This document shows, in pieces, positions 12,102-25,123 of a DNA stretch of 64,000 nt. A program made the position numbers and the translations under genes. Position 1 is the stretch's first letter, and the number at the start of each line of letters is the position of its first letter. The stretch is from the human T2T-CHM13v2.0 reference genome, Homo sapiens, in the NCBI RefSeq assembly GCF_009914755.1, contig NC_060928.1; one strand, given 5' to 3'. A model generated the notes under the pieces. That model was not told where the DNA came from. It worked only from the letters and a program-made list of their open reading frames with translations, and ran no database searches.

Positions 12102-12521
12102 ACCTCTCCACTACTTATTTAGGAAAGCTTGTTATTTCACACTTTTGCCTAAGAGTAGCTCTGGGTTCTTGTTAGTTTTAAAGCTGTCCCAACATGAAAA
12201 AGAACAAATAAGCAAAGTGAGTTTGGCTGTGGAAGAATCTTGGTAAACTGAGATAATGTTCTGTTAACAAACGAGTCAACCTCTTTTACTTCCTGTCTCT
12301 CCTTTTTGTTCTAAGATAGAATGAAGAAAGGGACATTAGAAAAGAGAAACTTCGTTTTAGCTTCCTTATTTTTCAACAGTTCTTGTTTGTTTGTTTGCTA
12401 AATTTGCCTTCTGTTTTCTGAAAGTTAAGCTGATTCTTCCTTTATTCTTGTGCTCAAAATTAATCATGGCCTTGCACTTCACATTTCTCTAAAATATTAG
12501 TTACCACAAAATGCTATTCAC

Positions 12522-12738
12522 ATCCCAAAGATTTCAAACTATGTTGTAAATGAGAATCACTTGGGTGGTATTGTAAAATGTGAATTGTTTGAGCCCGCTA
12601 TCCAGGAATATTTATTCATTGAGTCTAATGTGAGGCTCAGAAATTGGTTTCTTTTTTTTCACTCTGGTTTTTTTTTTTAAATCAACTCCATGAATCTAAT
12701 GCTGGGTGGGGATGGGTCGCACTTTGGGAAACATACTT
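12522..12738. mobile_element. MER5-family (hAT-Charlie) element
   Basis: TTTCAAACT...AGAATCACTTGGG...CACTTTGGGAAACA pattern. Confidence 0.65.
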
Positions 12739-14044
12739 TAGTCCATCCTGGCTCAACTGATGGGAGGAGTGCTGAGGAAAAATCAAAGCATCCATGTTTT
12801 ATGTCTTAATTTCTAATTCATTTTTTCTTCAATTTCATTTCTATAGGAACGAACCTTTCTTCTTCTGTGACTCTGAAAAGCAATGTTTATTTCTAAAGTT
12901 TTCCAGGTTCCTTAGCCTTTTGTTCTGTTTGCTTGACAGTTTTACTCATTTGCCCTTTTAAAGAGTTTAGGGGGAGTGGGTGGAGAATGCCCCTCCCTGT
13001 CCCTAGATCTCCCAATGATCTGCACAACTTCCAATTCCTCTGTCACCTCTCCTCTCTCTTGCATTTCCTACAGCTCGTTCTTCTGAGCAACCCATGACCA
13101 TGGTATGTGAAACTCACAAGTAATAACCAAATAAACACTAGGCACTTTTGCTATTATTAGCTCAATTTACGGTAATCAGAAAGGTTAGCTATTATATCTA
13201 GCATTTTATTTACTTTTTAATTCTCAGTGTTCTAAGAACTGTACAGATACCTTCTGGCAATAGGCAGGTTCAGAGATTCATAAATACTTGCTGTTTCTTG
13301 ACCCTTATTGGGAATCCTAAACCCCATTTTGACTTCCAATTTTTAAAGGAAGATGAATTTTTTTATTTAGATGCACTAGGATATATTGTTTCAGCTGGCT
13401 AACATCTGGATGCTTTCTCAGCACATGCTGAAGCCGACATTTCTAGCACTGAGTAGTTTGTTCCAGGAACACGAAGAGCTCGTTATTTACCATTGTTATT
13501 TTCTTTGACTCTAGAGAAAAGTCAGTGCTACAAAAGTATAAACTCGAAGGGAAAAATGAATTAAAGCTGATAGAGTTCAAAATGTTGATATTCTGATTAT
13601 TGTCTCCTGGATTCACCCTAAAATAATTTTTTCTTTTTTGGAAAAGCAGAAAAGAAAGATGAAGTTAGATTAATTTTATTTCTATTTAAATAGACCATAT
13701 ATATTCTAAATTTTCCATTTTTTAAAAACCTCTTGGAGTCATAGAATGCATCACTTGACCTTGAAGAGACCTTGGAGGTTATGGAGTTCTGCCTCCCACG
13801 CAGCTCAGAAACATCCTCTGCTCAATCTTTGGCAGGTGGTCCTTCAGGCTGTCTGCTTAATGGCCCCTATTTGCAGAATGCTCTCCCTGGACAAAAACCA
13901 GCCCTTCTTTGAGTTAGTTTGAAATTAGGTTATTAAACACCATTAATAAGATGAAAAAAAATGGGTGCAATTAATCATTCATCTGTTCATTCATTCACTT
14001 TTCCACCTGGTTCCAAAGGAGATTTAATGTACTTTATGCTGGAA

Positions 14045-14265
14045 GTGGTAAAGGATGGTGGGCTTTGGAGTCAGACAGACCTGGGCTTGATTCCTGACTC
14101 ACAAACTTGTTTCATGACATTAAGATAGTTGGTTATATTTCTAGGCCAAATTTTCCTCATCTGTTAATGGAGATTTTAATAACAATACTGACTTCATTGA
14201 GTGATTGTGAGGATTGAATGCATGTTGGGAAATTAGTAAATAATTCATGTTAATCACTATTATGA
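14045..14265 (+). mobile_element. MIR
   Basis: GGCTTTGGAGTCAGACAGACCTGGG...TTTCCTCATCTGTTAATGG...TTGTGAGGATT. Confidence 0.88.
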
Positions 14266-14287
14266 TTTAATAGTTTTTAATAACTTA

Positions 14288-14646
<359 letters not shown>

Positions 14647-15013
14647 AAATATACAGAGATGGTAGCAAGATTCATTTGCTAATTTGGGTGCCATATTAAT
14701 TTGTTCGTGCAAAGGAAATCTATGATGCTAGTCCACCTTTGGTGAGGAAGCAGATTTCAGAGAATGAGAATGCCCAGGAGCCGTGGCCTATAGGATAGGC
14801 AGGCATTACTGAAGGAAAGCCTGGAGCAGCAGGTTCGTGTAAGACGAAGAAACAACACAAAAGAGGCCAAGTAATTCCTTCCTCCTTACATTCCTTCACC
14901 TTTTGGATTTTATTAAAATACCCATTGATACTCATATTTCTACTGCAGTGAGGGAAAGAAAATGATAATCCCAGAATACTGGAGAACATGTGAATATTAT
15001 AATTTATCATTGA

Positions 15014-15316
<303 letters not shown>

Positions 15317-15374
15317 TAATTTATTTTTAGATATTATATATGATACAGAATAACAAAAATGAAACATAATTTAG

Positions 15375-16200
15375 CTATTCATTCAGCAAATATTTATTGA
15401 GCTCCTATCTGTTGTAGTTCCTGGAGATGCTCTGGAAAAGAAAAATAAAAGAAAGAAAATCTATTTTTCACAGAGTTTACATTCTAGCAAGAGAGTAACA
15501 GAAAATAAATAACTACGTCATAGGCAAGTAGTACGTGCAGTGTCAGGGGATAGTGATGAAGGACGGGACAGGACAGAGGTCTTTTTAATTAAGTGAGCAG
15601 AAACCTGAAAGTTGTAGGAGTGAGCTAGAGAAGATGAAGGGATGTGCATTCCAGGCAGAGGGAAAAGGAAGTCCACAAGCGCCAAGGTAGGATTCCATCA
15701 GAATGACTGGAGTGGGCACGAGGCTAGGAGTGTGGAGGAAAGGAGTTCAAAGGGGCAGCCTGGGGCAGCTGAGAAAGAAAAGGGAAAATAAGGCTAGGAA
15801 CAGAAATTGAAGCAGAAAATGATGCATTGTATATGATGAAGAGACATTGGACTAAAGTCTGTGAGGCTTCTCTTAGGGAACTCTCATGACATAGTATCCA
15901 GATGTCAGATGAAGGTCAGGCCTGGGGTGCCATCAGTAAGAATGAAGACAAAGTAATGGATCAGAAACTATTCAGAAAAAGAATGAAGGGCTTGGAAAGT
16001 TGGACCTAGAGGATGAAGGAGAGGGCTAATCCAAAGACTATCCTAAAGTCTCAAGTCTTAGTGATTGGGAGAATTCTGTCATGATACCACTAACCAAGAG
16101 AAGAAAGCTAGGAAGGCAACCAGAATATTGAGCATGAGCATGGATACGATTGGCATAAGCTGGTGGCAGCAATTCCTGGGGAAATTTCCAATTAAAATTT
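15375..16200 (-). mobile_element. L2 3' fragment(s)
   Basis: CATTCAGCAAATATTTATTGAG (antisense L2 3' end), then AGAGTTTACATTCTAG, CATTCCAGGCAGAGGGAA. Confidence 0.75.
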
Positions 16201-16209
16201 AGTCCTGTT

Positions 16210-16856
16210 ATGTGGTGAAAAGGGAACACTTATACACTGCTGGTGGAAATGCAAATTAGTTTAACCTCTATGGAAAACAGCATGAGATTTCTTAAAGAAC
16301 TAAAAGTAGATCTACTATTCAATCCAGCAACCACACTAGTGGATATCTACCCAAAGGGAAATAAGTCATTACATCAAAAAGACACCTACATGCATCTGTT
16401 TATTGCAGCACAATTTCAAAGATATGGAACCAATCTAAGTACCCATCAACCAACAAGTAGCTGAAGAAAATGAGGTATATATACTACATGGAATTCTACT
16501 CAGCCATTAAAAAAGAATGAAATAATGTCCTTTTCAGTAACTTGGGTGGAACTGGAGGCCATTATTCTAAGTGAAGTAACTCAGGAATGGAAAACCAAAT
16601 ACCATATGTTCTCACTTATAAGTGGGAGCTAAGTTAGGGGTATGTCGAGGCAGACAGAGCAATATAATGGACTTTGTAGACTCAGACAGTGGGCAGTGGG
16701 AGTGACGGATGAAAAACTACATATTAGGTCCAATGTGCACTACTCAGGTGATGGGCATACTAAAATCTCCGACTTCACCAATAAACAATTCATCCTTGTA
16801 ATCAAAAACTACTTTTACCTCAAAAGCTATTGAAATAAAAAATATATTTAAAAAAG
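16210..16856 (+). mobile_element. L1PB-type 3' end (end of ORF2 and 3'UTR)
   Basis: AAAAGGGAACAC...AAAGAACTAAAAGTAGATCTAC...GAACTGGAGGCCATTATTCTAAGTGAAGTAACTCAGGAATGGAAAACC...CTATTGAAATAAAAA. Confidence 0.9.
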
Positions 16857-17009
16857 TTAGGGTACCTATTCAAAGATCCTGGCAATGAAAGGAGAGAAGG
16901 CACATGGTACCGAGACAAGACAGTAACATCACACTTCTCAGGTTGGGGTGGATGCAGTAGAGGGTCATGAAAAGGACTCAGAGGTGCTATTAGAGGTGGA
17001 TAAATGTAT

Positions 17010-17302
17010 GGCTGGGCGCAGTGGCTCATGCCTGTAATCCCTACACTTTGGAAGGCTGAGGTGGTTGGATCACTTGAGGTCAGGAGTTCAAGACTATCCT
17101 ATCCAACATGGTGAAACCCCATCTCTACTAGAAATACAAAAAATTAGCCGGGTGTGGTGGTACAGGCCTGTAGTCCCAGCTACTCCAGAGGCTGAGGTAT
17201 GAGAATCACTTGAACCTAGGAGTCGGACATTGCAGTGAGCTGAAATCGCACCCTGGGCTGGGTGACAGAGCAAGACTCTAACTAAAAAATAAAAATAAAA
17301 AT
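17010..17302 (+). mobile_element. AluS
   Basis: GGCTGGGCGCAGTGGCTCATGCCTGTAATCC start, dimer, (AAAAT)n tail. Confidence 0.95.
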
Positions 17303-17691
17303 GTAAGTGCAAGGCCTTTTGGAATTTGGCAAAGAATAAAATCTAGAATTCTGTAATGTGAATGGGTGGCTTAATCATCTTAAATAAGGTCAATTTTGCT
17401 AAGAGGACCTAGGTTTTTTTAGATGAGTTCATTATTTTGAATAGTTGACAAATATTAATCCAAAACCACAAATTCCTTTGTGTTTAATTTCAGGAGCTCA
17501 GGGAAGTAGAAATAGTATTTGTTGGTAATCAGCTATATTTCCATAAATATGAGTCAGAGAACAAATAATCTTATAAAACCAAACTAAAAGGTAGAGGTGG
17601 TGAAAGGACTGGAGTAATATAGAGAAGATAAAGGAGATGACAGGCTACACAAGGCTCTGTGAGTTTCTGAGATCCAACTTCTTTTATTTCT

Positions 17692-17850
17692 TTGCTCAAC
17701 AAATACTTGTTAATCATGTTATGATGTAACGGTCACTGTGCAGGGTTTTAAAGATTCGGAGAAAAAGTAGAGAAATGTGGCCCTGCTCTCATGAAGCTTC
17801 AGTCTAAAGAGGAGAGCAGATATTAAACAAATAATTACACAATTAAGACT
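17692..17850 (-). mobile_element. L2 3' fragment
   Basis: TCAACAAATACTT...GGCCCTGCTCTCATGAAGCTTCAGTCTA. Confidence 0.75.
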
Positions 17851-18676
17851 GAATATGTTAGCACGTGGAGAAGTAGAGCGTGAAAAAGGCAATCCCTACA
17901 TTCAGTTTCACAACCTTTCTACGTAATGGTGAGAGTGAGTTCCTCATGTACATTATCTGAGATTGTAATTTTTTTTTAAAGGAAGTTACCAACCCCATCA
18001 GTGTTTTACACTTATGGTAACTATATACATCATCATTCAAACCAGTTCACTGGTGTTAATCATTATGCCAGATAATGGCACAAAACAGGACCAAAACTCA
18101 CTCTTTTTAAAGGGGCAATGAGGAGAGGACTCAAAGCAAATAAAATAATGACAGAGACAACGATACATTTGTTCAGGAAGTAAACAGTATTTTTCCTATG
18201 ATGAGGTAAATAAATCAAGGAGGAAAGGAAAGAACTATTTAGAGAAGTCCAGTAGAATGTAATTAAGACTAATAGCATGAACCTAAACAGAGGAAAAATT
18301 GAGCTAAGTAAAGTACCAGCAACAATTTTCTAACAGCTAAGACAGATTATAAAAATCCTCTCAAGGGAAGGCACTTCAGCTAATGTGAACTGAAATATTA
18401 AAAATTAAAATGGAGAACATCCATGATACATATACTAGAAGAACTACGCCTTCACCATTAAAAGATAATTGAACAAAGACATTTTTTCTAGCTCTAATTC
18501 TTAATATTCTTGAAAACTTTCAAAGTTTTCATTTTTTTTTTCTTAAGGCAAAAAGCCCTTCTTTGTGACTGTAGTATCTAATCTCACTTGAGGTACTTAA
18601 AATCCCAAGACCAAACATTGGCACAGCTCAGATCATATCCTGGTTTTAATCTGTTCACTTAGTTTCTGTCTTAAAA

Positions 18677-18701
18677 ACAACAACAACAACAACAACAACA
18701 A
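18677..18701. repeat. (CAA)n microsatellite
   Basis: About 8 CAA units. Confidence 0.92.
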
Positions 18702-21384
18702 AGTCCATGGCTGAAAGGTCCAAGAGTTCTTTCCTAAAAGTTTCATTTACAAAAGACACAATTTAAATGAACGTCTTCATTGGGCACCACAGAGGGCCAA
18801 TCCAAGATACCCTATCTCCAAGTGTCTACTTTAAAAAGGCAAGGGAAACTGGCTCTGTCTGGGATAGGAAAGTGGGCAAGGCAGAATTCTAGGTTCTATA
18901 AATATTATATGATTCTTTTAATTTGGAAAGAATCAAAATTCATTTGGCCTAAAATATTTGGATACGTGTCTCAATTACTCTGTTAGTGTAAGCCCGACCT
19001 CCTCTCTGCTAGCAGAAAGAATTGGCAGACAAAATACATGCTGGTGACTCAGTGTGAGGTGTTCTCTCCTCCTTGGGGGGACGAAGCGGGAGCAGAGAAC
19101 ACTGAAGCCAGAGGCACTGACTTAAAATGGAGCATCTGATCCTTAAAGATCCCCTGGTATTTGTTGTCAGAGATGTCAGCTGGATTTCAGTTCAGATAAT
19201 TACATTTTGCTTGTCTAATGCCCCTAGCAATTTCCAGTGGGATCTTCATTTCCCATCAGAAATTGCTCTGCATGTGATGCTGTGCTTCATTAAACAACTG
19301 CCGTGTGCTAGCTCACAGGTGGTGTTTGTTTCAGTGGTCACTGAAGTAATCTCTCCGCAGGCCCATGCCAGCCATACTGCCCAGACTTGAATTCTCTCCA
19401 GAGAAGTTTCTCATCCAAGATCCCCAGTAAAGAAAGTAAGTCAATCTTTAAGAAAGGGGAGTTTAGAAATGAATGACTACAGAGCGGGTTTCAAGAGGGT
19501 GTGTTTTAAGAGGCTGAATTTCGACATGTCTCTTCAATATGTACTCCAGTGGACCAATTTAATCTGGGCTGTCTAAGTTTTCTCCTTTTTACAGGGATCT
19601 TAGGATCGATTAGTCCTGATAGAAAAAGTGAAATGATGGTAAGGTCTATGGCAATTAACTTTCATTTCAAGGATTTGGGAGAACTTGGATAATTAAACTG
19701 TCAGGGAATCCTTACACATGTTTTCTTTGTTTTACATTTTCTCAAAATAGCCTCAGCTAAAACATTTAATTTGATGGGAATTAAGGTGGAGAATCCAGAT
19801 ACAAACTACCCCAAGAAAGCACTGTACTGAACCAAAGGCTGATAGCACACCTCAGGACTCTTTTATTGTTCTTGTAAATGCGTTTTAACTATAAAGTTTT
19901 CCATGGGCGTGTCATAATCCAACCACAGAAAAATTTATAATTAAAAAAATAAAAATTACTTTCATATTCTTTAACACAAGTAGGATGAGTTCTTTATAGG
20001 GGATATAGAGTGAGAAACCCCACTGTTGTGATGGACACAATATATTGTTCAACTACGTTAAAATGCCAATTTTTTATAAATTAAAATTACAGAGAAGATA
20101 TTAGTTGTGATTGTCAAAAAGATGGAACATTACAATTTTGTGATTTCACCTATTTTTAGAAATATAATAAATATAGTAAAGAGGGAAAAATCTGGTAAAT
20201 TATGGAGTTTATTTCTGTACTGGTTCATACAGATGTATTATCCTGTCATGATTTTAATAATAGTACTGTGGTGTATATGGAAGACAAGCCTGTAATCATT
20301 GGTAATTTGTGTTGTCTTGTTGTAATATGAATATTGACAATTAAAGTAAGTTCATATTATATTGAATATTTAAAATATCAAATGATTATATATATTTTTA
20401 TTGAATACACCAGTACATCGGTTGTTTTTACACAGGAGAAATCCTTCTTTCTTCTCATTTGCCAGGGACTACTGAAGGAAAAAGGAAAGAAAATAGAGCT
20501 TCTTTCATCTTTATTCTGGGGTTTTCTGCAATTTTTTTAAAGAGAAAGGTAATGCATGTATTCAACTACATGTCTAGCTAAAAAATACACTCTAATATAA
20601 AGTTTTAGAAGAGAAAAAAGAAACATACATTATTTATCTGTTTTATGAACTGAAAGAAAAAAATCAGAAAATAGTAGCAGTAACATGTTCTCTTATCAGC
20701 TACCCAAATCCCCACCACCGATCTCTATTTTTATGCTTTCCAGACAACTTTAGAAGAAAAGTTAAAGTCGGTATTTCCAACTTGTTGCTGATATGATGAA
20801 GCTCTTTAGTGAAAAACCAAAATCCTACTGTCTGAGAAAAGCATCACATCAGCAATGTCATAGGTCAGTCTCTCGGAATAAGTTATCACTTTGACACTTG
20901 TGATTTAACCACCATGCGAGTTATCTGACACAATTTTTCACCATAGGGTGATGTCTTTTCTGGAATATCTTTCACATTTCTAAACTCTTATCATCCAGTT
21001 TTGCTTATTCTTTAGTACATTTATCTCCTTTTAGTGCTAGAGAACCGTTAAGATGGCTTATATGGATACAGAAAATAAGACAAGATTAAATGAAAACCAA
21101 ATTACATGAAAAAAGAAAATGGGCTCACAGAATGAGAATAGGAACAAAATCATGAAGTTAGGAATATGCTGCTAGGTAAATGCTTAAGGTTTCTTCCCTG
21201 CTGAAAGGGGGTCATGAATTTCATTTACACTTTTAGTAAGCAATATAAGGGTAAAAGGAATCATTTGCTCAGGAGAAGCCCAATAATTCTTGGTACTGAA
21301 ACTGACAGTGGCCTCTCCCAGGAGTCCTCATCAAGGGGAAACTGCGATTTAATGAGTAATATCCTTGTAGCAGCCTTACATTTT

Positions 21385-21618
21385 ATGGAGAGAGTGTGGT
21401 CCAGTTTAGGAGCTACCTAGTTAGGCCTACATTTGAACAGGCTCTGTACTTTCATCACTGGCTATGTGACCTCAGGAAATTAACTTATGAAGTCCCAGGT
21501 TGAGCATTTGTAAAGTGTGTCCACCTCATATGAGGTGAGGATTAAATGAGACAAGGCACATGAAATGCCCAGCAAAACCACTGGTACCTGGTGAGTGCTC
21601 GATAAATGTTAGCTTTTA
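21385..21618 (+). mobile_element. MIR
   Basis: CTATGTGACCTCAGG...GTGAGGATTAAATGAGA...GTGCTCGATAAATGTTAGCT. Confidence 0.85.
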
Positions 21619-24269
21619 CTAATCTGTGGTTACTTGGGGAGTGCAAAGGCACTTCAGTGTTAGCTCAAATAACTATGCATACAGAAGTAATTTGATGTGA
21701 AAACAAATAATATGAAGCATTGCGAAGTCTTGAATGTATATATTTGAGCTTACCCACGTGTGTGCACACATACAGAATGTTGATTTTTGTCTATTCCTTG
21801 GCCCTCTATTATATATATAGTAACTTTAACCTAGGCATCTAGTGTATGTTGAAGAAAGTTTAGCATTTATGTTTTACCAACTCCCAGGTTGGGTATAAGA
21901 ACAAAAATTTGCAAAATAGGTGCCTTTTTCAAGTGCTGAGAATGGACTTGAGTTCCTAGAGTCAGCAAAGATGTGGATTAGGAGATAATTCAGACCAGCT
22001 AAGTAGACAATAAATGAATCCTATTATTGTTTTTTTTTCCCCTTTCTACAAATCATTTCCTCATTTTAAGTAAAGAAGGAAATAGAAGGCTGAGAACTTT
22101 GGCTGGACATGGTTTTTTCAAAGCATTTCTCACAAGTGAGAAAAGGAACCGGGGTTGCCAGCTTCTGTAGGAAGAACTCAGTATCCACCACACAGAGATG
22201 AAAGAGGCACATTTTCCTAAGTATTTTTCTGTGATTGGAGTTTCAAAGAGTGATGAATTTGAAAGGTCAGCAGTTGATGCTTGTTTTTTAGTGTAGTTCT
22301 GGCTGGGAAATGGTATGATCAGAGAATGGAACTCTGACAAGTGAATTCTAAGTCTTCCACAGAAAGAACTTCAATAGTAGCAAAAAATTTGGGCAGACGA
22401 GATGGTAGATCCACTAATTTTACTGAACAATCAATTTGGTATGCCAAAATCTGCCGATCCGTTTTTGGTTTTAAGTCCTGAAACAGTATAACATGAGAAA
22501 TTTTGTTAATATTTGTTTTGTTTTGTTTTCTTAGAGCATGAAGTAGCATAAAGATTATTCTGTATATTTCTCTTCTCTTTATCTTGCCTATGCCAGAAGT
22601 TTTACTGGACATGTTATTTACTTTAGGCATTTCCTTTAGGCCTTCTTTGCACAGTTTTAATAGTTTTTTGCTTTAAGAGGCTCCTATCCTGATTTCCTTC
22701 CTTTTGTATAAAGAGGAGAACATGATACCGTGAAAAAACCACTGTCTTATGTTAGGGGACCTTAGGTTCTTATTCTAGCTGTGCCTCTAGCTGCTGGTAT
22801 GATATTGTTCTCTTCAAATAACTTGTCTTTGATTGTTTCACATTTCTGCTTCTAGACCAACTTAGTGGTTATGCTTCTTAAAGTTTCTTTTTTTCAAATC
22901 GGCAGAAACATTTTTTGAAGTAAAAATTTTCCTCAGAAGCCCAATATGTAAATTAGATGAAAGCCAAATCCCCTTGTTGAAATGAGATGTCTTACTGTTC
23001 TGAGAGCTTCTCCATCCCTAAGCTCTGGCAATAACCTAGGGCAATAACCCCCTAGGGCAGTTTCTCAAAGCATAGTCCATGGAACACTCGTGGCCCCCGA
23101 TGATCTATGGGTGGTTCATAGGTGTTTTAGTCATTTTAGACTGAAATGTTTTCTCACATACATTTCTTAAATTTGAAGTATAAGAACAATAATGATTTTT
23201 TGCAGAAATGTCTTTATGTTCTGAATAATTATGTTTTCAAGGATTGTATATGTGCTACAAGCTCTTATTAATTTGTCTAAATAATTTATGTTTACATATT
23301 TCTGTATTATTGTTTTTGCTTACTGGTAATCCTATTTTTGTTGTTGCTGTGATCATAGTGCTGTATATATTCCAAATTCGCAAAGTGGATCAAGGACTCA
23401 AAATACAGTTCACCAAAACATTAAAATAATAGTAAAATATTAGTACAAATGCTAAATACAAAATAGTTTTTTAAGTACTAAGAATAAAGAAGATTTCAGT
23501 TTGCTTATGCAATATGAATATTTTGCTACAGGGACAAGTGGAAATGTAAGTATGATGAATTTATGAGAATAATCAGAAAGCAAAAGCTTGAGTCAGAGAC
23601 AGGTTGATGAACGTTTAAAAACCAAATTTTATTAGCCCTGTGGGCCATTTGAACCTTGTCCTTAGTGTGTTGTGTGTTACAGAACTTTTTCAAATAGTGA
23701 AAGGAAACCATAGAAGGTTTTATGTTGTTCTCATAATTACGCAGTAAAATCTGACAAATCAGTTGTTTTCATAATGAGAAAAAAAAGTAACAAAAAAAGA
23801 GTATTGTCACCAAAATGAAGACTAAAGATAGATTCAAATTTTTAGTTCTTATATTAAAACCACATACAAGTTACATTCTAGCCAAAAGGTTTATGAAATC
23901 ATTCTCAGAATTAGTGATAATATCATACTTGGAAAGAAGGCATAATAAACATTTTAAATATTATTTTATCTCATAAGGTCACGGCATGTTCTGAAAGAGA
24001 AAGTATTACTGTATGTGCATGAAAGTAGGTATTTAAATTGGATACAATCATTAAAATGCAGATTAAGAATCCTTGTTTGCTCTATATGCGGCATGCGTAT
24101 GAGGGAGAAATGTTTGATTATCTTTTGTTTGTTTGTTTGTCATTGAAACTTCTTGGTACTCAAAAACAATTCTTTTTCTTCAATTGGTTAACAGCTATTT
24201 TATGAGCTGCTTTCCAAATAGCAGCATTTTTCAATCAGTGACTCTCTTGATTCTTCCTTGTCTTCCTGA

Positions 24270-24585
<316 letters not shown>

Positions 24586-24603
24586 TCAGAGTAATCCTCT
24601 TAA

Positions 24604-25123
<520 letters not shown>

